DNA from: Octopus bimaculoides
Taxonomy: Eukaryota
Length of the DNA stretch: 64,000 bases
Assembly (NCBI RefSeq): GCF_001194135.2
Contig: NC_068985.1
Coordinates: 39,869,032 to 39,933,031 of the forward strand
Direction: 5' to 3'
Shown here: positions 49,081 through 62,355 of the stretch, in pieces
Position numbering within the stretch: position 1 is the stretch's first letter
How the letters are laid out: each line of letters begins with the position of its first letter
The notes under the pieces: model-generated
The model's input: only the letters and a program-made list of their open reading frames with translations
The model's database searches: none
Told to the model about the DNA's origin: nothing
Made by a program: the position numbers and the translations under genes

Positions 49081-50534
49081 CTTGAACGATTAAGAATTCA
49101 CAGTTCACTTCACAATCACTAGATCTCAAGTTCAACTCGCTTGAAGGCCACTTAGCCAAATGCCATTTTATATAATCTCAGGTTAACACATATTTCCTGA
49201 GTGTGACTATAGGGAGATTTTTGGAGGATTGGCAGAGCTGTTAGTGCGTCGGAGAAAATACTTTGTGGTACATATTCCTAAGTCGTTACGTTCGAAATGC
49301 AAGTCGCAGCGAAGTCAACTTTACCTCTCATCCTTTCAGGGCCAATAAAATAAAGTACTAGTCAAACACTGGAGTCAACGATATCGACAAATCCCTCTCC
49401 CTAAAATTGTTGGCCTTGTACTTAAATCAGAAATATTTTTTTGATTTAGGCACAAGGCCAGCAATCTTGGATCTCAACAGTCCAATCATATAAACATACA
49501 AAACTGATTTTTATTTTTATTTTAATTTCGAATTTATTTTCATTATCATTTCTTAAGCGAAAGACGGTGAACTGGCAAAAATCTTAAGCTAACTGGACAA
49601 AATGCTTGACGTTCTGAATTCAAATGCCACGAGGTCGACTTTGCTTTCATCCTTTCGGAGTGAATAAAATAAGTACTAGTTGAACAGTGGGATCGGGAGA
49701 AATCCACTTCCCCCTGCATGATATTGCTGGTCTTATGCCAAAATTTGAATCATTATTTCTTAAGCGATACAGACGGTAAACAGCATTTTATATTTTCACC
49801 TCTGATACGGTGCTTTTTGACAACTTTCCTTGCATCAATTGCTTTTCACTTCCTCACTTGAAATGTTTCTTATCAATCAAAATATTAAACGAAAGTGTAA
49901 ATGTAACAAATTCCCTACGATCTACGCTTCATTCGTTCAAACGTTTCTCAGAAAATTGGGGACAAAAACTGAAATGTTCCAGTATGTAGAAACAGGGTGG
50001 GAGTCGATGCCGTCTCACTTCACTTTTTTCCACAAATATTATTTTTCTCAACACTTAAAATACTAGAATTTTATCAAATTTATGCCTAGTAAAACAGAAA
50101 GCATTATTTCCTTAAAAACATTTGTGGGCCGTATTGTAGACATAAGATCTCAACAAATTAAGTCCACAGTTCAGTTTCACTTCAACATATACCTATTTTA
50201 CTTCACTTAGCCTAATAGCATGGAGAAAAGTATAATGCCGTTTGCGAATAGCTATGCTTTAATAATTCGGCTGTAATAACACTAGTGTGAAATAGTTTAG
50301 ATGTTTATGTGTGTACACACACGTATATATTGATGTTTATTTTCATGTCAAGTTATAATAAAAACCATTTTACATTAAAGGATTGCTCAATACTTTTGCA
50401 GAGTACATATTTATCATAATTTTACAAGAAAAGTTGTGACAAAAACTTCGAAGTTTCGGTTTGCTCGCCTCATCGGACAGTCCGATGAAGGCTAGCAGGT
50501 CGAAACTTCGAAGACGTTATCAGCGCTCTTAGTG

Positions 50535-50571
<37 letters not shown>

Positions 50572-51944
50572 CACACACACACAAACTTCCATAAAGAATA
50601 TTGTTTAACTCTTTTTTTTTTTTTTACCTGAGATCTCCGTTGGGGAGCAGCACTTTCTGTTATAGTTCAGGAACGAGACACTAATAATGTGGTTACAAGA
50701 GGAGTTGGTAAGCAACCGAGTTTTTTATTTATTTATATATACACATTGTTATTCAATCGTTACACACGATGTCGCAATAATACGATTTCGTGTATTGATC
50801 GAAATCATAAATAAATGAAAGTTATATTCAAGGCAGGTAACTCCCAATGACTTTTTTTTTCTCGCTTGAAAGTCTTATCGAAATTCGATATCATTCTCCA
50901 ACCAGAAAACAGCATCGCTGTTTATTGTCTTTTATTTTCCATAAACCTGTAACCATGTACGATTGTTAAGCATCCACACTATTAAAATATTATCGTGAAG
51001 CAAGGAAAGATCCTCTATGCAGTCATTCAAAATGCTTAAAATAGCAGAATTTCCCTCAGCTCTGGCCCGATCTTTAAAAAAAGAAAGCAAGGTGTAAATA
51101 GATACAGGCCTTATCTAACATTTCTGCATTTTAAAATAATTTAAGAATAGGAAATACTCAAGATGGAGGAAAGTCCCAATCCGGGAAGAATTTAACCAAA
51201 TATTTCTGGTTGTGATAGAATTTTCAGTGAAGACTGAGACTTTATTTACAACTCAAGAGTTGTAGATAAAGTCTACCACAGGTGTTCAACAAGAAATTGC
51301 AGGACTGTTTATCACATTCGAAAGCGTAATGTTTCCAAAAACATGCACCTAGATCTCTGGGAAATGCTTAAACTGTTCTCTTTGGAGCAACTTAGGTGCG
51401 GGATCATCTCAGGGTTTGTCCCAGGGAAAAAATCAAGCACGAACCGCAAATTGGAGTCGGCTGGCGATAAATGACTTAACCATTACCATTTGTTGAGGAA
51501 TATTTAGCTGATGTTTTTAACAGATAGAGTGACTACAGAGGCTATATGGGTTATGGAGGTGGGCGTAAAGCAAAAGTTATTCATTGAATCAATATAATTT
51601 ACGACATCCCAACAAATTCGCGGGTATGTTCTTATGCTAGAAATCATTTAGAGAGAGAGAGAGGAGTGTGTGTGAAGGAGAGAGAGTCACTCTTTGTGCT
51701 ACTGGTAATACGTAATCCAGTACAATATGTCACATGATCAGACCGACGGTGATTAAGCTGGCAACCCTACCAAAATTACTTGTTAAAAAAAATTAGTTTT
51801 CATTGGACAACCTGCGAGATAAAAAAACAAAGCTTGTGAAAGGGCTGGTGAACTTAGTAGAGTCAATGGCCATCCCATCCAACAGTTGGGAGTGAGTGAC
51901 CCAAGAGATCTCTCTGGGAGAAGGAAATTCCAAAATAACACACA

Positions 51945-52337
51945 CCTCATAAATAATGCAGTTTTATATACTTTTAGTTTTTATAAATTAAGATAAACAA
52001 TGTGCTATTTTAGTCTAAAATATACTCTCTTTCATTTTCTACAATGCACTTCCATCTATATGGTAAATTTGGAAGGCTCCTCTTCCAACATTCACTTGTC
52101 CGTGACGAAAAATACTCCTCCAGTACTGTTCTGACTTCGTCTACGGAATTCTTTTTTTCGTCCAAATAATTTTGAAGACTGAGTAATAAATGATAATCAG
52201 ATGAGGCAATGACCTGTGTATATGATGGGGGGGGGGCATCGTTCAAACTACTCCAACCTTTGGAATGTCATCTTCGTTGCCGAGCATTATCTTGATGGAG
52301 GAACAACTTTCGTCTTCAAACCAAAGATAATCGTTTT
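51945..52337 (-). mobile_element. Mariner transposase C-terminal relic
   Basis: RRKLFLHQDNAR (second catalytic D) and PPSYTQVIASSDYHLL (compare HPPYSPDLAPSDYHLF), LP.RW..IVEN..EY; the 5' part is lost in a gap. Confidence 0.85.
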
Positions 52338-52785
52338 NNNNNNNNNNNNNNNNNNNNNNNNNNNNNNNNNNNNNNNNNNNNNNNNNNNNNNNNNNNNNNN
52401 NNNNNNNNNNNNNNNNNNNNNNNNNNNNNNNNNNNNNNNNNNNNNNNNNNNNNNNNNNNNNNNNNNNNNNNNNNNNNNNNNNNNNNNNNNNNNNNNNNNN
52501 NNNNNNNNNNNNNNNNNNNNNNNNNNNNNNNNNNNNNNNNNNNNNNNNNNNNNNNNNNNNNNNNNNNNNNNNNNNNNNNNNNNNNNNNNNNNNNNNNNNN
52601 NNNNNNNNNNNNNNNNNNNNNNNNNNNNNNNNNNNNNNNNNNNNNNNNNNNNNNNNNNNNNNNNNNNNNNNNNNNNNNNNNNNNNNNNNNNNNNNNNNNN
52701 NNNNNNNNNNNNNNNNNNNNNNNNNNNNNNNNNNNNNNNNNNNNNNNNNNNNNNNNNNNNNNNNNNNNNNNNNNNNNNNNNNNNN

Positions 52786-52819
<34 letters not shown>

Positions 52820-53149
52820 TGCAAAATATTTGAATATTTCTTTAGTGTTATATCCTGCTGAATAAAATTGTTGCAAAGTAAAGCAAAATAAAGGTAGAGA
52901 TTTCATTTTAAGCAAATATTGCGATATTGTGTTTATCCAGCCCAAGGAAATACAAAAAGGCATATCACACGACTTGTAATAGGATAACAGATAAGCTAGA
53001 TATATAAATGCCTTACGATACTTCCGGAGTTACAAAATAAAATTGAAGAAAAAAAATCATATCGTAAAGCAACACAGAAAGGTATATGCTAAAATTTATT
53101 TTATTTGTTTAATCAGTTTAAATGTCCTTCGGCACTAAATTACTCTTCA

Positions 53150-53500
53150 TAGAGTGCCCCCAGAAATAAGTTTGTTTCATTTGCCAAGAAAATATTGCTG
53201 TGAAGAAGGTAGAAGTTATCAGATGACATTACATGAGGGACCATATTTCTGCTCCATAGAGGAAAACGGAGAGGACCGACGCGTTGAAGATGCAGAGCTC
53301 CGTCTTCCAGGAGATAGAGTCGTGACGCTAAAAGGGTTTCCATGGGGAGTGCATGATCCCGGCAGTCAGACTACGTCTGCAGTTGATTTCCGGAGTCAGG
53401 TCTCCATTTTTGGTGACTGTGAAGCCCAAATAAATGAAGGAACTGACAAATTCCACGACGTCAGGGCCAATATGGAGATCACACGGCAAAGTGGCACCTT
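53150..53500 (-). mobile_element. RTE-type RT C-terminal relic (distinct subfamily)
   Basis: VEFVSSFIYLGFTVTKNGDLTPEINCRR...ISWKTELCIFNASVLSVFLYGAEIWSL. Confidence 0.75.
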
Positions 53501-55454
53501 TCTTTTTCTTCAGAAATGATGTGAATTTAGTACTGGTTTCTTGTAAAACTGCAACTGCCTTCTGGTCTCTTGTAAAAATGCAACTGCCTTCATCTCGTCG
53601 CTGATCACATTGTAAAATCTTTAGCCAATATCTTTCAGGTTTTTAGAAATTGAAAAGTAAACTAAAAAGAAACCTAAAGTAGTTTCCCTTGTAAAACACA
53701 CGCCAAAGTAGCACTGACTATTTTCAATCCTTTCCTCTCCAGATTTAAAATAGTCTGGAATACCCTTCTCATTCACGTTTTTATTATAAACATCGATATA
53801 TAGATGCTCAAATTAAATAAAGTCGAACGGATGCGGTTTAAGAAAGATTTGATAAAGATATCAAGCTTGTTAAGTGACAACATAAAAGCTCCAATGTTGG
53901 TTATTTAGTATATAACTTTCATGTGTCCACTAATCGGTATTCCATTGTCAGTTCGTAAACGATGTTTGTATACGTGTAGAATATATTCAAAACAACAGAA
54001 GACCTTTGAGTAACAACAATTCATGCTTTGGAACTGACTTAGTGATTTGGTTTCCATTTCCGGCTGTCACCACCTCAAACAAATACTACGGTCATTTTGC
54101 ACCGTTGTCACGTGTGTTATTCTAATTTATTAAAGATTTTAATTAATGAAAGACTAGTTGGCTGTGAGTTTGCTCTTGCTAGCATTTAACTTAACCTTTG
54201 ATTTGTCCTTTACAGAATGAATTCTACCAGTTTAAAAACACATGCGTTATTGATTTTTTTCTCTTTATTGATATCCATTTATCTGCTTGCACGTATTTGA
54301 CTGCATAACGCATTATTCAATTGGTTTTGTAAAACACGAAAATAACAATGAATATTCTTACAAACAAAATTATGTAAACTTACCTTGAATTATGCTGAAA
54401 CTTAAGATCATATGCTATGTTTGAATTCTATCCTCTTCTTACTTGTAGCCTAAAACCATGTGCTGTGTAATTATTGCTGCATTATTCTACCAACTAAATC
54501 AGAAAGTGTTTATTTTTTTTATATGCAGAAAATAAAGGGGAAAAGTACATACTACATATTATTGTTGTTATCTCTACGAACAATTTCTTAATTTCCCACA
54601 GATACTTCTTGTAACTCTTGGTGAGGAAGGAATTCTATATACACATTATCGAGCGAAGGAACTGGTATAAAGAAAACATAATTAATGCTAGAAAAGTTGC
54701 TGATATTCGATGGGATATGTAATGGTAAAAGTTGCAAGTCTTCTCATAAATTTTTGACCTTGACTCTATTCAACAAGTCGAAAAAAACGTGTTTTTGTTC
54801 AAATTGATGGTTGAAATCAGTTTAGCACTAGATTAGCATTAATTGAGTAGTCCTGTGGTTAAAGACATTTCATCCACGACCATCTCGTCTTTTTCAAATA
54901 TAGTACATATAAGACTACATCATTATCTGACTCATCTTGAGACAGTAGTGTATGAATTGAGGGAAATTTAGCAACTACACAGAAGCTCACATCTGAAATA
55001 ACATTAAAAATTAAAATGTTTATTTTTCAATGCATTTCATAAGGTAATGTGTGGAACAGTTGTTCCTTACCTACAAACAAAAATCAGATTTCTTTCAAAG
55101 AAGCATGTATTAAAATTAATTATCGCTTTTTGGGGGTGGGGAGCTACTAGTAATTATCACAAGGTTTTATTTTCTTTCTCCAACTAAGAAAGAAATTTCA
55201 ATTTTTTTTTTCTACATAAACATTCAGTAGAGCACTCAACAACTCATACCATTTGCTTATTTGAATTATTCCCCATCCGAATTTATTTCTTTAAAAATCC
55301 TTGGCAACTGATCAAGTAAGTTAGAGTTGACACTTTTATACTGACGAGATACAGTAGAACGAAACCTGCTCATAATTGTCCCTTATCTGTTCAGATAAGC
55401 ATTTCTCCTCTTCTAAGCAAGTGTAAGATGTAAAATTGGTTGGCACTGGAAGGG

Positions 55455-57345
55455 TGCCACACAATTCCTTACATAAATGCTAGAGGAAAAATATCGGAAC
55501 AAGAAAACATCCGAACATAAAAACAATCCTTTTATTTTGTATGTACAAAAATTTACACCTTGGGACAATCAGTAGACAGGTCTGATGTGGAAGCAGCAAA
55601 GTCGGAGTTAATCATACTTTGTGAAGGCATTATTCACAGAAATTCAGCTACACAGAGCTGGTCAAATACCGATCAGCAGCAGAGGCGAATAGGAAGCTGC
55701 TGAGGACACGTCTGCATAGTTCAGCGGCTGCATCTCGAGTCCGAGATACAAGAGAACTCTGCTGCTGCTGCTGCTAGTTTTCTGCGCATGCGCATCAGGG
55801 ACCTTTCGGCAGGCCTTTCAGAAGGTTCCAATCCTGTGCATGCGTGCTGGAGACCCTCAAAATGACGTCACTACAAGGCTCCCCCTCGAGTGCGGAAGCA
55901 TGAAACAAGATTGTAGTGGCTCCAAAAAACAAGATGGCTACCGATCACCCAGAAGATGTGGCACACGATATGACAACTCAAATATCAATACAAAAAGAAA
56001 TAAACATACACAACAGTTTTTTTGTTTTTTTTACACAAAATGTTCAAGAGTAAAAAAAATGAAATGGGCCAAGAGAAAAAAAATGAATGTCAAANNNNNN
56101 NNNNNNNNNNNNNNNNNNNNNNNNNGTTGACAAAGGTGCATGTGTAGGTGATGGTGTTGCCAAAGGTGCATATGTAGGCTCAAAGGCGTGACAGTGGTGT
56201 CATCAAAAGATGTATACACCTCAAAATATGCCTTTTTAAGCCGATCTACAGAGACGGTCTCCGAACGACCATTCATCTCGATGGTAAAAACTTTGGGTGT
56301 GCGAGAAAGCACACGAAAGGTCCTTTATAAGGAGAAACAAGAGGTCCCTTGACAGAGTCACCTCGAACAAAAACATGCGACCAAGAGTTCATATCCGGTG
56401 GGACATGAGAGGGTGAAGATTGTTCCCGGGAAACCATGGGCAGAAGATTTGAAAAATACGTGCGAAGTCTGGCGACATAAGACACCGGATCATGGAGCTG
56501 TGAAGTGTCTGGCACCAACATCGTACTAGGCAATGCTAGTGTGGTACCATACAGTACCGCAGAAGAAAAACCCAGGTCTGCCTTGACAGCAGTACGACAA
56601 TCAAGAAGAACAATTGGCAGAAACTCAGTCCAAGACTGTGGATCTGAAAAGGCACGTAGAGCAGCCTTAAGCTGTCTATGGAACCGTTCAACTAATCCGT
56701 TTGAAGCTGGATGATAACTGGTCGTGCGAATGTGGTGCACACCTAGAATACGTGACAATTCACGAAATAAAGAGGCTTCAAACTGACGTCCACGATCAGT
56801 ACTTAATCTGGGCAGAACTCCGAAACGGGAAATCCAGTTAGAAACAAAAGCTCGAGCAACAGATTCAGCAGAAATATCTGCTATTGGAATGGCTTCTGAC
56901 CAACGGAAGAAGCGATCGACACGTGTTAAAAGATAAGAGAACCCGCGACTCACAGGCCATGGTCCAACCAGATCAATGTAGACATGGCGAAAACGGGCCT
57001 CCGTTGGAGGCAAGTGTCCAAGTGGGGCACGAATGTGCCGATGAATCTTGGACGGTTGGCACTTGGAGCAAGTGCGTGTCCAAGAGGTAATAGTGCGACG
57101 CATATTCGGTCAGAAAAACCGAGCAGTGATAAGCTTAAGGGTAGCAGCGATGTCAGGGTGTGATAAGTAGTGCAGTGTCTCAAACTCTGAGCGTTGATGA
57201 TTCTCAGGCACGAGTGGCCTGGGAGAACCAGTGGAAGTATCACAAAGAATAGTACCTTCAGCTGACGGAAGCAGAAGATAGGCAAACTGGCAACAGGAAA
57301 ACTTAGGCGAAGTTAAGTCTAACGATGCCAAAGGTGGTTGCTCAG
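55455..57345 (-). mobile_element. 5'-truncated Gypsy LTR retrotransposon (integrase, PPT, 3' LTR)
   Basis: LHYLSHP..CSKCQ zinc-finger region, HVYIDLVGP, DRFFRW, TDRGRQFE, YHPASNGLVERFHR core, GPxVxPYKGPF; PPT GAGGGGGAGCC precedes TGTAGTGACG at 55875; the LTR ends about 55455 (CA) and has AATAAA. Confidence 0.88.
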
Positions 57346-57587
57346 TAAATTAATTTAAGGAGTTTCTTCTTCTTTCGTTTTGTTGTTGTTGTTTGCGCAC
57401 AGCATTTTATGAGATAACTCTTTTATTTATTAGTTTTACATCAGCGGTACCCAACTTTTTTTACACACACGAACTGGTTCATGCATGTCGATTTTTCTAC
57501 GGACCAAGAGATCACGCACAAAAGAAAGTACAATAAAGTGCAAAGTATGTAATTTAATTAATACATACTTATTACATACATAATACA

Positions 57588-57954
57588 GTGGTTAGGGCAG
57601 CGGACTCGCGGTCATAGGATCGCGGTTTCGATTCCCAAACCGGGCGTTGTGAGTGTTTATTGAGCGAAAATACTTAAAGCACCACGAGGTCCCGGTAGGG
57701 GATGGTGGCGAACCCTGCTATACTCTTTCACCACAACTTTCTCTCACTCTTACTTCCTATTTCTGCTGTGCCTGTAATTCAAAGGGTCAGCCTTGTCACA
57801 CTGTGTCACGCTGAATATCCCCGAGAACTACGTTAAGGGTACACGTGTCTGTGGAGTGCTCAGCCACTTGCACGTTAATTTCACGAGCAGGCTGTTCCGT
57901 TGGTCGGATCAACTGGAACCCTCGACGTCGTAAGCGACGGTGTGCTAACAACAA
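57588..57954 (+). mobile_element. tRNA-derived SINE, well preserved
   Basis: Head gtggttagggcagcggactcgcggtc...GGTTTCGATTCCC (A/B boxes), CpG retained, (AAC)n tail. Confidence 0.75.
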
Positions 57955-58731
57955 TGCAGGCTATCTTTCGGCAGAAATCTATGATGTATTGAGTGAGAGA
58001 ATCTCATTATTTCATTTGCTAAACAGAGCTGAACAGTCAAACACACACTCGCACGTTGTCATGTACGACTGACGTCACTTACTTATTCCGAATCGTGTAG
58101 AAACACACTGCAAGCTGCCACAGTCAATAAAATATGAATACAGTTTACAAATTTGTTCCTTCTGTGCGGTCCGGTAGTTGGGGACTCTTGTTTTATATAG
58201 TTATCATATCTCACTATGTAGCCATTAAGTCAATGGTAAACGAAGAGATAGACAAAATCAAACGAAATAAATGCGGACAGTGATGACTTGTTTCCTTCTT
58301 TCTTTCAAATTATAATAATTGCAAGTCTGAATTTAACAAAGATAATTTACTGACGAGAAACAAGTTCTACCAGAAGAAGGGAAAAAAAACTCCTACATTT
58401 AGATTATGTTCCATGAATTACAAAATTTTTCTAACTATATTTGTTAGTCCGATTAGTAAATTGAGTATGAAACAAAAACAGTTACATGAACTCAATATTG
58501 TAGTGAAGGAAGTACCATTTCAAATATTTGCGTCGTGGTCATACATCACCTTAGCTTATAATTTATATTTCAGTGTTCTATGTTTAACGTGGTGGATATG
58601 GATATTTAAGGGAAGCAAAGTTCTTATACATTTCGTTTATTAAACTATCAAAGAAAAAATTGGTAATATGCGAGCACTAATACATAATATTTACTCTATA
58701 TATATCTTAATTTGTCCCCTTCATCATGTCT

Positions 58732-58802
58732 GCATCGGTGGTTCAGTGGTAGAATGCTCGCCTGCCACGCGGGCGGCCCGGGTTCGATTCCCGGCCGATG
58801 CA
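58732..58802 (+). tRNA. trnG-GCC: tRNA-Gly (anticodon GCC)
   Basis: 71 nt, GCATCGG...CCGATGC-A acceptor stem; A box (TGGTTCAGTGG) and B box (GGTTCGATTCC); anticodon loop CTGCCAC; T-run Pol III terminator just downstream. Confidence 0.97.
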
Positions 58803-59327
58803 ATTATTTTTTTATTTCACTTTACATTCAAATAATGACGTTAATATTGTGAATGAGTTCATTGTAACCATTTAGAACGCCTACGTATTTTAGTACACAT
58901 TTATGCTACTTATATAAACAATAATTCGCCGTTGTACACCTCAGTTCTGCTGCTGGATATACTAGTCTTTTGTCGAAATTATCTATCGATCGTCTGTCAT
59001 TTATGCATAATGAACTCACCACCTGCAGTTAACAAAAAGGCTAGTTAATTTCAACGCCAATAAATATTGTTTTTAATTTGACCCTGCCAGTTTATATCGA
59101 TTTTCCAACCTAACTCATATCAACACAGACCACCATTTCTAGTGACCTTCTATATTTGTAATATGTGTATGTATGTGGTAAGGTCACGCTACTAATTGTA
59201 ATTCCAACAAAAACAGCAGGATAAATCTATTCACGAAAAACGTGGGAGGAATGGTGTTAAGAATCTGACTAAGAATCCAATTAACAAGGGACTCAACTCA
59301 TAGAAAACGACTTCCTCCTCTCGAAAT

Positions 59328-59555
59328 ATGGCTGTCCAGTATATTTGCCGATATCCTGGTATCTTGTTAATTTCGGCAAGACCATTGTTAAACTTTACTC
59401 GAACTTTCCTACATAAACGTCAACTGACAAATACGAATTTATCCAAACTTTCCAAGATTTCGTTGACCAATGGCAAAGCTGGGAAACTGATGCAAGCCTA
59501 CGAAGAATTCATTGGTTTGTCTGATGTGAAAGCAGCACAGAGTAAGGTTATTGAA
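59328..59555 (+). CDS. CCDC51: CCDC51 (MITOK) exon 1
   Basis: aatATGg start; R/K/L/S-rich, acid-poor N-terminus resembling a mitochondrial presequence; YEEFIGLSDVKAAQSKVIE; GTGAGT donor, phase 0. Confidence 0.88.
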
Positions 59556-61419
59556 GTGAGTCACATAACTTCTGTCCTTTTTCCCGGTTATTACGCACCT
59601 TATCAGATAATTAACTACGTATTCTTCACGTCTATGAATCGCATGAACAGACAGAAACCAAGTTAAACTTTTTTCTCATCTACATGAAATAATCTACAGA
59701 GTTGTCATAATACCTTTTCGTCATTCTGCTGTTAAATTCTAAGGAAGTCGACATTGTATTTCCTTTTTCTTTTCTTTTTCGGGTTCAGTCGCCTACACAG
59801 TAATTGGTTTTGTTCCTTTCTTTTCAACAAAGATCTGACATATTACTTAAATTATCGTGTTCCTAACTTTGATCGGTTGATTTTTTAAAGTTATCTTTTA
59901 TTCCGTCTGTATTCACCGCCGGCAGCAGGTTGAGTTAAAATTTAACTTCACTAGTCCCACTCGAAATTGTAGTCCTAGATACAATATGACGGGGGGGGGG
60001 GAAGAACGATGGGAAGGTCTCGGCTGGAATGTCTCTGATTGTGGATCCGCAGGTTTAGGGATGATCCGGAGCTAATCAATAACATGCCAAAGGACACCTC
60101 TTAGTGATCTCTACATCTACTAGATATAACAGCCAAATCTTCCACATAGCATGTCCTATTTTCAATAAAGAAATGTACATTGGATGATGTAGTCCTCGAT
60201 ACACTATCTGAATAAAAGAAAAGATGGAACATCATTGATCATAGGTTATTATTCTTTCCCACACAATTTTTCACTGATCATCCCCTTCCTGTGCCATCAG
60301 TTATCTCTCCCGCTCCTCTGAGCTACATCTTAGACTTGTCATACCTTGTCTTTAACACCTCTCATATCTGCCATCATTCTTTCCAACCACTCATATATCT
60401 GCCATTGATGTTCCCTCACTGTTGTCACACCACTCACATTATGTATCTCTGACCTCCCTGTCACTATACATCATCTTGCACACCATCGCCCTATTTTTTT
60501 AAATCTATCTTCCTTCCTGAGCCACTTCTTTCTCTCTCACCTTACAATATTTCTTATTGACCATACCTCCACCTTTGTTCATCACTCTCTATATTCACCA
60601 CTTCCCTACCCTCTCCTTAACCATCTGTTATTCTTGTCTAACACACTTATGAAATGTTTACGTGTGTGTGTATTAATAAGATATAGTGGTACAAGAAGGC
60701 ACCAATCTTTGCTGGAAATAGCAGTCGATAATAATACAACGCTATGTAAAGCTTCACTGAAATATATACTGGTAAAGAAGTATGCAGGCAGCGAACTTAA
60801 AAAGTTTTCGTCTTACCTCAAGGAAGAACATCGTAAAAATGGACAATCCAGAATGGATAATCTAGGACCTGAGTTTCGGACTTTCCAAAATATGGTTGTT
60901 ATTGTAAATTTGATTAGTCCTCATCAGCTAGATTCACCTGTGATGAAATTTTAAAATATATATTTCAGTGAAGCTTTACATAATATCATATCGTTATTGA
61001 CTGTTATTTCCAGCAAACATTGGTACCTCTTTGCACCACTATTTCTCATTCTACCTTTACGGTGCTTTATTTGGCCAGAAAGTGATACTATTGTATTGCA
61101 ATTGTTAAAAATTTATGTGGATATATATATAATATCGTCATCATCATTGTTGTTGTTATCAATTTATGTCCACTTTCCATGCTGGCATGGGCTGGATGAA
61201 CTGGAGTAAGTTACCTTTACAGTTTGGTTTCTATACCTGATGCTCTTCTTTAAACGACCTATTGTACAGAGTGTATTGGATGCATTTTGTCATGGCACAA
61301 GTTCTGGAGACTAAAGGGATTATGTGCATATGTGTATATATGTATATGCATGTATATATATCAAACAGATGTGTTTTAATACTATTCCACAGCCATACCA
61401 ACAATCCAATAATACTAAT

Positions 61420-61536
61420 CCACACACATGTATGTGTGTGTGTGTGTATGCATGTATATATGTATGTATATATATATGTATGTGTATATATATGTATGTA
61501 TTTATGTGTATCTGTATGTATATATGTATGTGTGTT

Positions 61537-61579
<43 letters not shown>

Positions 61580-61734
61580 GTATGTGTATATATATGTATA
61601 TATATGTATGTGTATATATATGTATATATATGTATGTGTATGTATATGTATGTATATATGTATGTGTATGTGTATGTATATGTATGTATATATGTATGTG
61701 TATGTATATGTATGTATATATGTATGTGTATATG

Positions 61735-61765
<31 letters not shown>

Positions 61766-62010
61766 GCATATTTGTATGTGTATATGTATGTATATATATG
61801 TATGTATACATATATCTATGTGTGTGTATATATGTATNNNNNNNNNNNNNNNNNNNNNNNNNNNNNNNNNNNNNNNNNNNNNNNNNNNNNNNNNNNNNNN
61901 NNNNNNNNNNNNNNNNNNNNNNNNNNNNNNNNNNNNNNNNNNNNNNNNNNNNNNNNNNNTATATATATATTTATATGTATATATATATATGCAAAACACC
62001 CACACACATA
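61420..62010. repeat. Compound (TA)n/(TATG)n/(TG)n microsatellite in the CCDC51 intron
   Basis: Low-complexity sequence with an embedded gap. Confidence 0.95.
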
Positions 62011-62355
62011 TATAAACCGCTGTTAATTGATCACACCAAGCTTGAGGAAATTGTTATATCGATGAGGTCCAATATGACCAAAACATGTCTATAGCAGATC
62101 AAATTTTTCCCAAAGCATGTAAATTAGGTTTTGGAATTACCTTCCCTTTTTTTTGAAGGTATTAATAATTACTGTTAGGTTTTGGGTTTTTTTTTCCAAT
62201 TAAGAAGAGAATTTTTATCACCCTGTAACTATAATTCATGCTATTGGTCCACTTAAGTCGTTTCATTATTTCATTAATTTTTTAAAATTATGCTTGCAAT
62301 ATGTTGTCATTCAGCATAAACCTATCATAAATATACATATTCATCTCTTTTACAG

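Noticed and set aside
51050-51470. Transposase-like degenerate stretch
   Set aside because: No diagnostic motif recognised.
57588-57650. tRNA-like sequence
   Set aside because: SINE head: no complete cloverleaf, and it continues into a repeat body.
61262-62094. Long Y/I/C/V/M-rich ORFs in several frames
   Set aside because: Translations of TA/TG microsatellite; no coding signal.
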